The translations under genes and the position numbers were made by a program. Of a stretch of DNA of 64,000 bases, positions 52,361 to 62,361 are shown in pieces. The first letter of the stretch is position 1. Each line of letters begins with the position of its first letter. Location of the stretch: the NCBI GenBank assembly GCA_017963805.1, contig JAGCTE010000015.1, forward strand, positions 122,350 through 186,349, in the 5' to 3' direction. The notes under the pieces are model-generated. The model had not been told where the DNA came from and ran no database searches. It saw only the letters and a list, made by a program, of their open reading frames with translations. This stretch comes from a bacterium. GTDB lineage: Bacteria; Auribacterota; UBA3054.

Positions 52361-53230
52361 TTAGATGTAAAGCTCATCCGTTTCCTTTTGACGGTTGGGC
52401 TTGTTACGGATTAATAATTCTTTCAAAAAATCATAGGCGCGCTTTTCCTCCATGGCGGAGGGCTCGTAGCCGGCGTAGCGCACGTTGAAGCAGAGGGCGC
52501 AGACATCTTTGGCGGTCCTCAGCATCCTCTGGTCAACGCTCATTTCCTTCGCTTCCTTTTCGCCGAAGGAATCGAGGTCGGCTATGGAATATTTGGCGCG
52601 CAGGTAGTTTCTCAGCAGCCCTTCGCATTTGCCGAAGTAGGCGGCGGTCTCGCCCTTCAACCTCAGCTCCTTGCTTTCCTCAAGCTTCGATAAGTATTCT
52701 TCCTCGAGGTTCTGTTCCGGGCGCGCATCCGCCTTCTTCGCGTTTTTCTTTTTGACCGCGAAAAAGATCAGAAGAGCGGCAAAAATGACGGCGGCGGCTG
52801 ATCCTATCAGAAGCCAGGGGAGGGCGGAGCCCCTTACGTTAAGAGTCACGCCGGACAGATCCGAGCTTTTGAATTCGCTGTCCTCCAACCCCCTCGACAT
52901 TACTTCGATGAAGCCTGTCTCGACGGACGTGCCCGGAGCGTTCGTGACCAGAAGCTCTATCACGTAGGTTGCGGTGTGCTGCGTTCCGCCCGCTCCCGGC
53001 TTCGACTCGTTGTAGCTGACGATGTCTTTTACAAGCGCGCCTTTAAGTTCCTTGAAGCGGGGAGTGCGCACCGAGATCGTCTCAAAGCCGGTCCAAGTGG
53101 CCGTCATCTTAAGCTGCGTGCTCTTCTGCGAGACGACGTTCGTGCTCTCCGGCATGATCTCCCACTTCACTTCCGGATAGACGCTCAGCGCCGCGAGAAA
53201 AATTGCCAATATGTAAGAAATGTTACGCAT
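52361..53230 (-). CDS. Hypothetical secreted or membrane protein, upstream of moxR
   Basis: Signal peptide followed later by a TM helix. No recognisable motif. Confidence 0.35.
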   Translation of the reverse strand: MRNISYILAIFLAALSVYPEVKWEIMPESTNVVSQKSTQLKMTATWTGFETISVRTPRFKELKGALVKDIVSYNESKPGAGGTQHTATYVIELLVTNAPGTSVETGFIEVMSRGLEDSEFKSSDLSGVTLNVRGSALPWLLIGSAAAVIFAALLIFFAVKKKNAKKADARPEQNLEEEYLSKLEESKELRLKGETAAYFGKCEGLLRNYLRAKYSIADLDSFGEKEAKEMSVDQRMLRTAKDVCALCFNVRYAGYEPSAMEEKRAYDFLKELLIRNKPNRQKETDELYI

Positions 53231-53459
53231 GCCGGATATATTGCAAAAATCGTGCCAAAAATTAACCAACTATGTTTGAGCAATTTAATAAATTGGCCTC
53301 GCTGGATTTTGTCAAAATGACAAAGCGAAGTGAATGTTTTTAATCTATAAAAAAGGCTGTTTTTTAAGGATATTTATATATAGTTTGCTTTTGCGTATCA
53401 TTGTTATCGATTGAGATAATCCTTATAAACATCCGTTAACCAAAACCAACGAGGTTATT

Positions 53460-55982
53460 ATGAAACGAGTTCTTATAGCTTTGCTGCTCCTGGTCTGCGT
53501 TCCGGTCTTCGCCGGCGTCGTCTATCAGGAAGATTTTGAAAGCTACGAAGTGGGCACCCAGATGGCCGAACAGGAAGGCTGGGAATTCTACAACAATTAC
53601 AGCGGCAACACCACGGTCGTTGACAACGCTCCCAATATCGATTCCAAGGCCATGGAACTGAGTCAGTCCATGAGCGGCTCCACCGAGTACGTCATGGTCC
53701 TGACTCCAACCTTCGATGCCAAGCCTGAAAGTATCTTCAAAGAGGTCACCAAGGTCTCCACGAAAGTTGTCTCCAGTTCCAGCACCGATCTTTTCGCGCT
53801 CTATGACAAGAACATGAACCGCTTCTTCTATCTGCATCTGAACGCGGTGGACGGCTTGATGGCTTCGAACCCGGGCGGCGTTTCCTTTGATAATTTCAAC
53901 TCTGACGGTCTGACCCCCAACGAGATCTCTTTCGTTTTCGACCATCTCAACAATCAGATCACGTCTGTGACCTGCAACGGCGAGACTCAGGAATGCGCCA
54001 TTATGCTGGAAACCACCTGCGAACAGCCGTGGAGACTGCGTCTTTCCACGTATCTTGGCAGTTTGGTCGAAGGCGCCGCCGGCACCTACTATGACTACGT
54101 TACGGTCGAGAATGTGAACCGCGCCGAAGAGCCCACCATCTTCTGCGACAGCGACGCGGTCATTCCTCTTGATTCCACCAGCGCGGAGTTCACGCTCTTC
54201 AACGGCGGCCCCGAAGGCGAGATCAACTTCAGCGTCACGACCGACGCCGCTTGGCTGGAAGTCACTCCCGACAGCGGCACCTTCACCGACTCCACCGCCC
54301 TTACCCTGAAGGCCAAGGAAGACATGCCCGACGGCTTCTACCGCGGCAGCATGACCGTCTCCGGCGGCGCCGGCGAACCGAAAGTGGTTTCCGTCATGTG
54401 CTCGAAAGGCAACGTTATCTTCGAAGAAAAATTCGACGATATGGAAGACGGCTCAATCGTCGGCCAGCGCGGCTGGACGCTTGACATGGGCGATGTCATC
54501 GTCACCAACGCCTACGATTGCAGCGGCAAATGCATGTTCATTTTGGGCGCGGGCGGCAACAACGCCTGCAGCATGTACCTGCCGGAAGCTTGTTGGTATG
54601 AAAACCTTGTGGTGAAGGTCTCCTACGACGTGTATTGGCCTGTCGACGGCACGGCCACAGACGTCTGCATGCTGCAGAAAAACAGCCACGAAAAGTTTGA
54701 AAACTACGTTTCGAGAGACGACAGCGGCGAAGGTTTCAAACTGGTGAACATCCAGAAGCAGAGCGGCGCCAAGAGCATCAAGAATTTCCCCCTCGCCTCC
54801 TATGACAAGTGGGTCACGGTCGAATACACGATCGACCTCCAGGCCAACATGCTTCTCAGTTTCGGCTGGGACGGCGCCATCACCAACTTCAACAACTTCC
54901 AGCTGAAGAAACCCGAAGTGAATTTCTACAATTCCTGGGGATATGCCGTTTGGGATAACGCCAACGGTGTTCTTGAATGCAATCACGGCATCGACAACTT
55001 GAAGGTCGAAAGAGTCGAAAGGGAAGCGGATCCTACTTTGATCGTTCCCATGTCCGCCTCTGTCGGCGTTAACGAAAGCGCCGCAATCACCGTCTTGAAC
55101 GGCGGCAAAGGCACCTTCGACTATACGGCTGAAGTTCTCGATCTTCCCGAGAACGTCACCCTTGATCCAAGCAGCGGAACCGTTGAGGAAACTCAGGAAG
55201 TGACGCTCACCGTTGACAGGGAAGGCTTAGAGGACAACTACTATCGCACCAGAGTGGTGTTCAACGCCGGCGAAGCCGGATGCGCCACCACCATCGTTTC
55301 CTTTGTGGTAGGCGGCGTTTATTACTCCGCCGACTTTGAAGAACCGTTCTTCACGCTTGGTGACTTTGCCGGCCAGGACGACTGGGGCGACAACAACCCC
55401 GGAGCCAACGTTGCCTACATTCTCAGCACCAACGACAACCAGACCGTGATGATTGAGATCGGCGGCGGTTACGGCGGCTACTACCACTCCTTGGCAGTTC
55501 CCGAGAACAACATCGTCAGGTTCGACTGCGATGTCTTCCTCCCGCCCGCCATCTTTGAAAGGGAAGATCTGATCGGCAGGGAAGTAATTTACTTCAAGCA
55601 GAACAGCATGGGGTCTTCCGCCGCTGACATAACTTTGGACATCGACTTCATGGACGGCGTTCCCATTGTTTACGGTCTCGACCACGCCAACGATTACATG
55701 TTCTCGACGACCGAGTACGCTGAGGATTGGATGCACGTTTCCTACGTCATCGACTACAAGGAAGGCAAACTTGTGGAATTCACGATCGATGACAATTCGG
55801 AATATCCCGTGGACGCCTACATCAATGACTCGTACAAAGGCGCCGGCTGCAACCTCTTCTGCCTGTGCGTCACCTATCAAGGCAACATCCAGTTCGACAA
55901 CGTCAAAGTCAGCGTTGTTCCTGAACCGGCTGTCTTAGGCTTCCTCGCTCTCCTTGCTCTGGCTCTCATCAGACGCAAATAA
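53460..55982 (+). CDS. PEP-CTERM surface protein (paralog 2 of 4)
   Basis: 840 aa. Signal peptide. Module starts YQEDFESYEVGTQMAEQEGW, FEEKFDDMEDGSIVGQRGW and YYSADFEEPFFTLGDFAGQDDW. C-terminus VPEPAVLGFLALLALALIRRK. Confidence 0.8.
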   Translation: MKRVLIALLLLVCVPVFAGVVYQEDFESYEVGTQMAEQEGWEFYNNYSGNTTVVDNAPNIDSKAMELSQSMSGSTEYVMVLTPTFDAKPESIFKEVTKVSTKVVSSSSTDLFALYDKNMNRFFYLHLNAVDGLMASNPGGVSFDNFNSDGLTPNEISFVFDHLNNQITSVTCNGETQECAIMLETTCEQPWRLRLSTYLGSLVEGAAGTYYDYVTVENVNRAEEPTIFCDSDAVIPLDSTSAEFTLFNGGPEGEINFSVTTDAAWLEVTPDSGTFTDSTALTLKAKEDMPDGFYRGSMTVSGGAGEPKVVSVMCSKGNVIFEEKFDDMEDGSIVGQRGWTLDMGDVIVTNAYDCSGKCMFILGAGGNNACSMYLPEACWYENLVVKVSYDVYWPVDGTATDVCMLQKNSHEKFENYVSRDDSGEGFKLVNIQKQSGAKSIKNFPLASYDKWVTVEYTIDLQANMLLSFGWDGAITNFNNFQLKKPEVNFYNSWGYAVWDNANGVLECNHGIDNLKVERVEREADPTLIVPMSASVGVNESAAITVLNGGKGTFDYTAEVLDLPENVTLDPSSGTVEETQEVTLTVDREGLEDNYYRTRVVFNAGEAGCATTIVSFVVGGVYYSADFEEPFFTLGDFAGQDDWGDNNPGANVAYILSTNDNQTVMIEIGGGYGGYYHSLAVPENNIVRFDCDVFLPPAIFEREDLIGREVIYFKQNSMGSSAADITLDIDFMDGVPIVYGLDHANDYMFSTTEYAEDWMHVSYVIDYKEGKLVEFTIDDNSEYPVDAYINDSYKGAGCNLFCLCVTYQGNIQFDNVKVSVVPEPAVLGFLALLALALIRRK

Positions 55983-55999
55983 AAGAGCGCTTCTCTAAC

Positions 56000-56035
56000 A
56001 AAAAAAGGCCCGGCCCATGCCGGGCCTTTTTTTGT
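56000..56035 (+). terminator. Rho-independent terminator
   Basis: GGCCCGGCCCATGCCGGGCC stem followed by TTTTTTT. Confidence 0.65.
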
Positions 56036-56150
56036 TATTAATGTATAATTATCTTGGTTTTTTTAAGGTATTAATTTTCAAGGTCTTGTTTTGTATAATC
56101 TTAGGTACAAATCTGTGGAAATTTTTAATCAACGAACAAAAGGCGTTTTT

Positions 56151-58676
56151 ATGAAACAGCTTCTTATCCTTTTTCTCTTCGGTGCGCTTTCCCTCGCCGC
56201 TGAAACGGTGATCTTTGAGGAGAACTTCGAAAGTTACGAAGTCGGAACTCAGATGTCCGAACAGGAAGGCTGGGGAATACTTGGCAACTTCGACGGCAAC
56301 ACCACGGTCGTTTCCGGCATTTCCGGATTCAGCGGCAAATGCATGGAAATGAGCCGGTCCGAGAGCGGCAACCCCAACGATGTGGTGGTGATGCTTCCGG
56401 GCGCGGATCTTGTTCCGGCGGATCCTTTGAAAGAGCTCACGAAAGTCTCGCTTTCCTTCGTCTGCTCCACCGAAAACGATATGATAGCGCTGCACGACGC
56501 CAACGGCAACCCCTTCTTCTATCTCCGCTGCAACTCAGTGAACGGCGCGTTGGTCAGCGTGCCTGGCGGCGTTTCTTTCAGCAATCTCTACAAGGACGGC
56601 CATACTCCCAACACCTTCTCAGTGATCTTGGACTTCAACGATAAAAAGGCCGTTGAAGCAACTTTGAACGGCGTTACGCAGGAATGCGCCGTCGAGTTCT
56701 CCGGCAGCTGCGTGATGCCTACCAGGCTGTACTTTTACGTGCAGCTCTCCACCATGCAGGAAGGCTGCACCGCCTCCTATTTCGACGACATCCTGATTCA
56801 AACCATTCCCCGTCCCGCCGGCCAGGCCATCATCTGCGACGACAGCGCGCTTATTCCACTCGACAAGACCGAGGCGCAGTTCACCGTAAAGAACGGCGGC
56901 GAATCCGACATCACCTTCACGGTGACATCCGACGACGAGTGGCTGGCAGTTACGCCTGACAGTGGCACCTTCAGCGACAGCCAGACGCTTACGCTCTCCG
57001 CCAAGGAAGGCTATCAGGACACTTTCCGCCGCTGCAACATGACAATTGACGGCGGCTTGGCCGGAACGAAAGTCGTTTCCGTCATGTACCAGGGCGGCAA
57101 CATCATTTTCAAGGAAGACTTCGATTCCATGACGGACGGCACCATAGTAGGGCAGCGCGGCTGGACGCTTGACGTCGGCGACGTGGTCATCACCAACGCC
57201 TACGAATGCGAAGGTAAGTGTATGTTCCATTATCTCTCCGGCGGCAACAACGGCTGCAGCATGTATCTGCCGCAGCCCTGGTATGAGAACATGATCGTAA
57301 AGGTCAGCTACAAGCTCTATTGGCCCAGCACCAGCGGCGCCACCGGCGTCTGCCCGCTGCAGAAAGATTCCGGCACCACGGAAAAATTTGAGGCCGGCTA
57401 CGTGCCCGACAACAGCGGCGAAGGCTTCACGCTTTCCTACATCAACAAGCTGAGCGGCGGCAGCACGGTCGCCAAATCCATCCGCGATTTCCCGATCGCT
57501 CCCTACGACCAGTGGGTGCCCATCGAATACACCTTAGACCTGCAGACGCAGAAACTTCTCTCTTTCGGCTGGGACGGCACAATTACGAACTTCGTGAACT
57601 GGTCTCTGCCCAACCCCTCCTGCAATTACTTCTGCTCCTGGGGACACGCCGACTGGGATCCCACGGGCCCCACCTCGCTCCACGCCGTCGACGACCTCAC
57701 CATAGAGAGAGTGCCCAGGTCCCAGGAAGCCACCCTCATCGCCCCCTCCTATGTCAACGGCGGCGTTGAACCCTTCTTCACCATCGAAATGCGCAACGGC
57801 GGATCCGGCAGTTTCGATTATACCGCGGAGATCTTAGACATTGACGACGCTTTGAAGATCAACAGGCCGACTGGCACCATTAGTGACGTGGGCACTATCA
57901 CCGTGACCCCCGACAGGAGCCAGCTTGACGAAAATTATTATCACGCAAGGGTAAGGATCGACGCCGGGGAAGCCGGCTGCGTGACTTCCATCGTCTCCTT
58001 CGTGGTCGGCAACGTCTATTACTTCGCCGATTTCGAGGAACCCTTCTTCCATTCCGGCGACATCACCGGACAGGACGATTGGATGAACGACAATCCGGAC
58101 TGGAACCTTGCCTACGTTCTGACCACCAACGACCAGCAAACTCTCTGCGTCGAGACCGGCGGCGGTTACGGCGGCTACTATCACACCCTCGACGTCCCCA
58201 AGAACAACTTCGTAAGGTTCGAGATGGATATTTTCGTCCCGCAGGCGATCTTTGAAGATCCGGACAGGCTCACCAACCCCATCCTGCACTTGAAGCAGAA
58301 TGACAAATACAACCCCTCCATAGAGCTGAGGATCGCTCCCGACCTGATGGACGGAGTGCCTATTCTAGTCGGCGACGCCGTGGGCTACGAAGACTATCCT
58401 TTGGCCATCGCTGATTATCCTGATGATTGGACGCACCTGAGCTACACCATAGACTACCTTGAAGGCAGGCTGGTGGAATTCAGCATCGGCGACGTCACCG
58501 AGTTCCCGGAGTATGTTTACACCAGGGACTCCGACGTGCCTTGCACGCTGTTCTGCGTTTGCGTTGGCAGCGAGGTGGATCTCCAGGTCGACAACGTGAA
58601 AATCAGCGTCGTTCCCGAGCCTTGCGCGCTATTGCTCCTCGCGTTCGCGGCCGCGCTCGCGTTGAGGCGCAGGTGA
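56151..58676 (+). CDS. PEP-CTERM surface protein (paralog 3 of 4)
   Basis: Starts at MKQLLILFLF. Has the same module starts (FEENFESYEVGTQMSEQEGW, FKEDFDSMTDGTIVGQRGW, YYFADFEEPFF). C-terminus VPEPCALLLLAFAAALALRRR. Confidence 0.8.
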   Translation: MKQLLILFLFGALSLAAETVIFEENFESYEVGTQMSEQEGWGILGNFDGNTTVVSGISGFSGKCMEMSRSESGNPNDVVVMLPGADLVPADPLKELTKVSLSFVCSTENDMIALHDANGNPFFYLRCNSVNGALVSVPGGVSFSNLYKDGHTPNTFSVILDFNDKKAVEATLNGVTQECAVEFSGSCVMPTRLYFYVQLSTMQEGCTASYFDDILIQTIPRPAGQAIICDDSALIPLDKTEAQFTVKNGGESDITFTVTSDDEWLAVTPDSGTFSDSQTLTLSAKEGYQDTFRRCNMTIDGGLAGTKVVSVMYQGGNIIFKEDFDSMTDGTIVGQRGWTLDVGDVVITNAYECEGKCMFHYLSGGNNGCSMYLPQPWYENMIVKVSYKLYWPSTSGATGVCPLQKDSGTTEKFEAGYVPDNSGEGFTLSYINKLSGGSTVAKSIRDFPIAPYDQWVPIEYTLDLQTQKLLSFGWDGTITNFVNWSLPNPSCNYFCSWGHADWDPTGPTSLHAVDDLTIERVPRSQEATLIAPSYVNGGVEPFFTIEMRNGGSGSFDYTAEILDIDDALKINRPTGTISDVGTITVTPDRSQLDENYYHARVRIDAGEAGCVTSIVSFVVGNVYYFADFEEPFFHSGDITGQDDWMNDNPDWNLAYVLTTNDQQTLCVETGGGYGGYYHTLDVPKNNFVRFEMDIFVPQAIFEDPDRLTNPILHLKQNDKYNPSIELRIAPDLMDGVPILVGDAVGYEDYPLAIADYPDDWTHLSYTIDYLEGRLVEFSIGDVTEFPEYVYTRDSDVPCTLFCVCVGSEVDLQVDNVKISVVPEPCALLLLAFAAALALRRR

Positions 58677-58742
58677 AATTTCATAACGGGTGGTTTTTTG
58701 TTAAAATAGAGTAAACAAATTAACCGATCACGAGAACGAGTT

Positions 58743-59660
58743 ATGAAACGATTTCTCCTCCTCATCCTTGTGGCGCTGGCCCTCTGCCCGTCCTGTACCG
58801 ATAAGGAGCAGCCGAAGGCCGGACACGTCATTTTCATCGGCGTGGACGGCGTGTCTACGCCCGCCTTTAAGGATCCCAAGCTTCTGGATGGTCTGCCCAA
58901 CCTCAAGATGATGATGAACGAGGGAAGTTACACCCTGGAAAAACGCTCCGTGATGCCGTCGGCTTCGGCCATCAACTGGGCCTCCATTTTCAACGGGCTT
59001 CCCACTGAGCAGCACGGGTTTGGGCATTGGAACACCGTAAAGCCAGAGGTCCCGCCCGTTTTGGACAACGGCAGGGGAATGCCGCCGACCATCTATACGC
59101 TGCTCAGGGAACAGCGCCCGGACGCTGAGACCGGCTGCGTATACGACTGGGACGGCATCGGCCCGCTCATCGACGAGGAGGTCATCAACTATCACCTGTA
59201 CCGCAAGCCGGACAGCAGCGCGCTTGAAAAGTATGTCAGGGAAGACGCCGTCAGGTATATCCTGGAGAAGAAGCCGACGTTCTTCACAGTTTACATCGGC
59301 GAACCGGACGAAGTGGGTCATAATGAAGGCTGGGACACCCCCAGTTATTACGAAAGTCTTGAAAGAGTTGACAAGATGGTAGGCATCATTATTCAGGCGT
59401 ACAAGGACGCCGGCATCATGGACGATACGATCTTCGCCTTCTCGTCCGACCACGGAGGTTCGGAAAAAGGGCACGGAGAACTTAAGATGCTGCATCTTGA
59501 GACGCCCTTCATCCTCTACGGAAAAAATATCCGCAAAGGTTATGTCCTGGACGAGCCAACGATGCAGTACGACCTAAGTGCCACGCTCGCCTACGCTCTT
59601 GGTCTCAAGATCCCCAAGGCCTGGCGCGGACGGGCGCTGACATCCATGTTCAACGAATAG
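58743..59660 (+). CDS. Alkaline-phosphatase-superfamily enzyme (type I phosphodiesterase/nucleotide pyrophosphatase-like), secreted
   Basis: 305 aa. Lipoprotein-like signal, metal-ligand regions VIFIGVDGVS and FSSDHGG, and GEPDEVGHNEGW. Confidence 0.7.
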   Translation: MKRFLLLILVALALCPSCTDKEQPKAGHVIFIGVDGVSTPAFKDPKLLDGLPNLKMMMNEGSYTLEKRSVMPSASAINWASIFNGLPTEQHGFGHWNTVKPEVPPVLDNGRGMPPTIYTLLREQRPDAETGCVYDWDGIGPLIDEEVINYHLYRKPDSSALEKYVREDAVRYILEKKPTFFTVYIGEPDEVGHNEGWDTPSYYESLERVDKMVGIIIQAYKDAGIMDDTIFAFSSDHGGSEKGHGELKMLHLETPFILYGKNIRKGYVLDEPTMQYDLSATLAYALGLKIPKAWRGRALTSMFNE

Positions 59661-59712
59661 ATTTTTTGTTAAAGCATAGCAAACCAACTAACAACTAACA
59701 CAGGAACGAGTT

Positions 59713-62247
59713 ATGAAACGAATCCTTATTCTTTTAGCGCTCCTTTCCTTCGCCGCCTCCAATCTGGCCTTTTCCGATACCCTCTATCGGGAAGATTTCG
59801 AAGCGTATGAAGTGGGAACGCAGATGACAGATCAGGAAGGCTGGGACTTCTACAGCACCTACACCGGCAACAGCACGGTTGTGACCAACGCTCCCAATAT
59901 CGAGGGCAAAGCCATGATCCTTTCTCCCTCCGCGACCGGTCACGACGAATACGTCATGGTATTGACGCCGAGCGTTGATCTTACGACGCCCAATGCGGCG
60001 GCCAATCTGGTCACCGTCAGCGCCAAAGTCATAATGGCCAGCAGCATCGATCTTTTCGCCATCTATGACAAGGACATGAACCGCTACTTCTATCTGAAGG
60101 GCGACCGCAGCAACGGTACGCTGGAAAGCTACCCCTCCGGCGTCGTTTTCAGCAACCTCTACACCGACGCGACGACCCCCGACGAGATCGCTTTCGTTTG
60201 GGATCCCTTCGAACAGAAGGTCGTAAAGGTCTCCTGCAACGGCGAGGAAAAGGAATGCAGCATTCTGCCCAGCGGCACTTGCGCTCAGCCTTCCAGGCTG
60301 CGCCTTTCCCTGCAGCACACTTCCTTGGACGGCGCCGAGGGCACTTACTACGATTATGTGGACGTTTCCTATTCGCCCCGTTCCGCCGATCCTATGCTTT
60401 ACTGCCCTGAAGACGCGCTCATCCCGCTGGATGCCGAAAGCGTTGAATTCGAGATCTACAACGCCGGGCCGGACACCACCACCATCAACTACTCCATCAC
60501 CACGTCCAGCGATTGGCTGAGCGTCACTCCGACTAGCGGCTCATTCAACGAATCCGCAGTCCTGACTCTCAAAGCCGCGGAAGGTTTGGAAGAAGGCTTT
60601 TACCGCGGCACCATGACCGTTGACGGCGGCGAGGCCGGAACGAAAGTTGTTTCCGTCATGTGCTCCAACGGCAACGTTATTTTCGAGGAGAATTTCGACG
60701 ACATGACGCCCGGCAACATCGTCGGCCAGCGCGGCTGGACGGTGGACGTCGGCAACGTCAGCGTCACCAACGCCTACGACTGCTCCGGCAACTGCATGTT
60801 CATGCACCGCTGCGGCGGCAGCTACGCCTGCAGCATGTACCTGCCGAAACCCTGGTATGAAAACATCATCGTCAAGGTCAGCTACGACCTCTACTGGCCC
60901 AGCGACAGCAACTGCGACGACTCCTACGTTCTCATGAAGGACAACGGCCAGAACGAAAAGTTCGAAGGCCAGTTCATGCCCACCTATCCCGACGGCCTCG
61001 GCATCAAGATGATCAAGAGAAGCAACAAGGACGGCAGCGAGCAGGAAAAACGCGTCAAAGATTTCCCGCTCTCTCCTTTTGACACCTGGAACAGGGTGGA
61101 ATACTGCCTTGACCTGCAGAGCCAGAAGCTTCTCTATTTCTCAATGGGCGAGAACGTCACAAACTTCGTCGACTGGCCCTTGATGAACCAGGGCTGTAAC
61201 TTCTTCAACTCCTGGGGCCACTCCGCCTGGAACGGCGTAGACAACGGCAGCCGCGTGGCGGTCGACAACCTTAGGATCGAAAGAGTGCCCAGGGAAGCCG
61301 ATCCCGAGCTGGTGGTTGACAAATTTGTTTCCATCGGAGTCGACGACGGCATAGTTTACAGCGTCCGCAACGGCGGCGCCGGCAGCTTCGACTTCACGGC
61401 GGAAGTCCTCGACCTCGACGACGCCGTCACCTTAAGCCAGACCAGCGGCACGGTGGAAAGCTCCGTCGACATCGACGTCTCGGTCAACAGGGAAGTTTTG
61501 GAAGACAACTACTACAGGTTCAGAGTCAGAGTGGACGCCGGGGAAGCCGGCTGCTCCACCACCATCTTCGCCTTCGTCAGTGGCACCGTCTATTACTTCG
61601 CCGACTTTGAGGAGCCGTTCTTCACGCTGGGCGACTTTGCCGGCCAGGATGAATGGGTGGACGACAACGGCGGCGAAAACATTGCCTACATCTGCTCCAC
61701 CAACGACCAGCAGTCCCTTTATATGGAACACGGCGGCAACTGGGGCGGCTTTATGCACTCCCTCGAAGTGCCGGCCAACAGCATGGTGAGATTCGACATG
61801 GATCTGTTCATTCCGCCCGCTCTCTTCGACGATCCCGAGTGGATGGACCAGACCGTACTCTATCTCAAGCAGAACAGCAAAAGAACGCCTTCGAAGGAAC
61901 TGATGCTTAACATCACTTCCGTGGACGGCGTCCCGTATGTCTACGCTACCGCCAAAGACTACGACATGACGTTCTGCGAAACGGAATACGCTTACGAATG
62001 GATGCACGTCTCGTATGTCATCGACTACCTCCAGGGCCTGGTGACCGAAGTCACGATCGACGACAACACCTTCGTTACCGATGAACTGGTCACCGAAGAC
62101 GCCGGCGTGCCCTGCACCCTGTTCTGCCTGTGCGGCTCTTACGGCGCCAATCTGACCTTCGACAACGTCAAGGTCTCGGTCGTTCCCGAACCGGCCGCGC
62201 TCGTCGCGCTCATCGCGCTTCTGGCCCTCGGCATTCGCCGCAGATAA
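59713..62247 (+). CDS. PEP-CTERM surface protein (paralog 4 of 4)
   Basis: 844 aa. Module starts YREDFEAYEVGTQMTDQEGW, FEENFDDMTPGNIVGQRGW and YYFADFEEPFFTLGDFAGQDEW. C-terminus VPEPAALVALIALLALGIRRR. Confidence 0.8.
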   Translation: MKRILILLALLSFAASNLAFSDTLYREDFEAYEVGTQMTDQEGWDFYSTYTGNSTVVTNAPNIEGKAMILSPSATGHDEYVMVLTPSVDLTTPNAAANLVTVSAKVIMASSIDLFAIYDKDMNRYFYLKGDRSNGTLESYPSGVVFSNLYTDATTPDEIAFVWDPFEQKVVKVSCNGEEKECSILPSGTCAQPSRLRLSLQHTSLDGAEGTYYDYVDVSYSPRSADPMLYCPEDALIPLDAESVEFEIYNAGPDTTTINYSITTSSDWLSVTPTSGSFNESAVLTLKAAEGLEEGFYRGTMTVDGGEAGTKVVSVMCSNGNVIFEENFDDMTPGNIVGQRGWTVDVGNVSVTNAYDCSGNCMFMHRCGGSYACSMYLPKPWYENIIVKVSYDLYWPSDSNCDDSYVLMKDNGQNEKFEGQFMPTYPDGLGIKMIKRSNKDGSEQEKRVKDFPLSPFDTWNRVEYCLDLQSQKLLYFSMGENVTNFVDWPLMNQGCNFFNSWGHSAWNGVDNGSRVAVDNLRIERVPREADPELVVDKFVSIGVDDGIVYSVRNGGAGSFDFTAEVLDLDDAVTLSQTSGTVESSVDIDVSVNREVLEDNYYRFRVRVDAGEAGCSTTIFAFVSGTVYYFADFEEPFFTLGDFAGQDEWVDDNGGENIAYICSTNDQQSLYMEHGGNWGGFMHSLEVPANSMVRFDMDLFIPPALFDDPEWMDQTVLYLKQNSKRTPSKELMLNITSVDGVPYVYATAKDYDMTFCETEYAYEWMHVSYVIDYLQGLVTEVTIDDNTFVTDELVTEDAGVPCTLFCLCGSYGANLTFDNVKVSVVPEPAALVALIALLALGIRRR

Positions 62248-62271
62248 ACCGGCATAATCAAAAACCGAAAC

Positions 62272-62309
62272 AAAAAAAGGCGGAGGAATTTTTCCTCCGC
62301 CTTTTTTTG
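62272..62309 (+). terminator. Rho-independent terminator
   Basis: GGCGGAGGAATTTTTCCTCCGCC followed by TTTTTTT. Confidence 0.65.
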
Positions 62310-62310
62310 T

Positions 62311-62339
62311 TTGACATTTTTGGAGAAACATTATACAAT
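62311..62339 (+). promoter_or_regulatory. Near-consensus sigma70 promoter (TTGACA, 17-nt spacer, TACAAT) driving the second copy of island gene 1
   Basis: Hexamers and spacer read directly. AAAGGAG sits 8 nt before the ATG at 62362. Confidence 0.55.
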
Positions 62340-62361
62340 AATAGAGAAAGGAGTGGCTATT

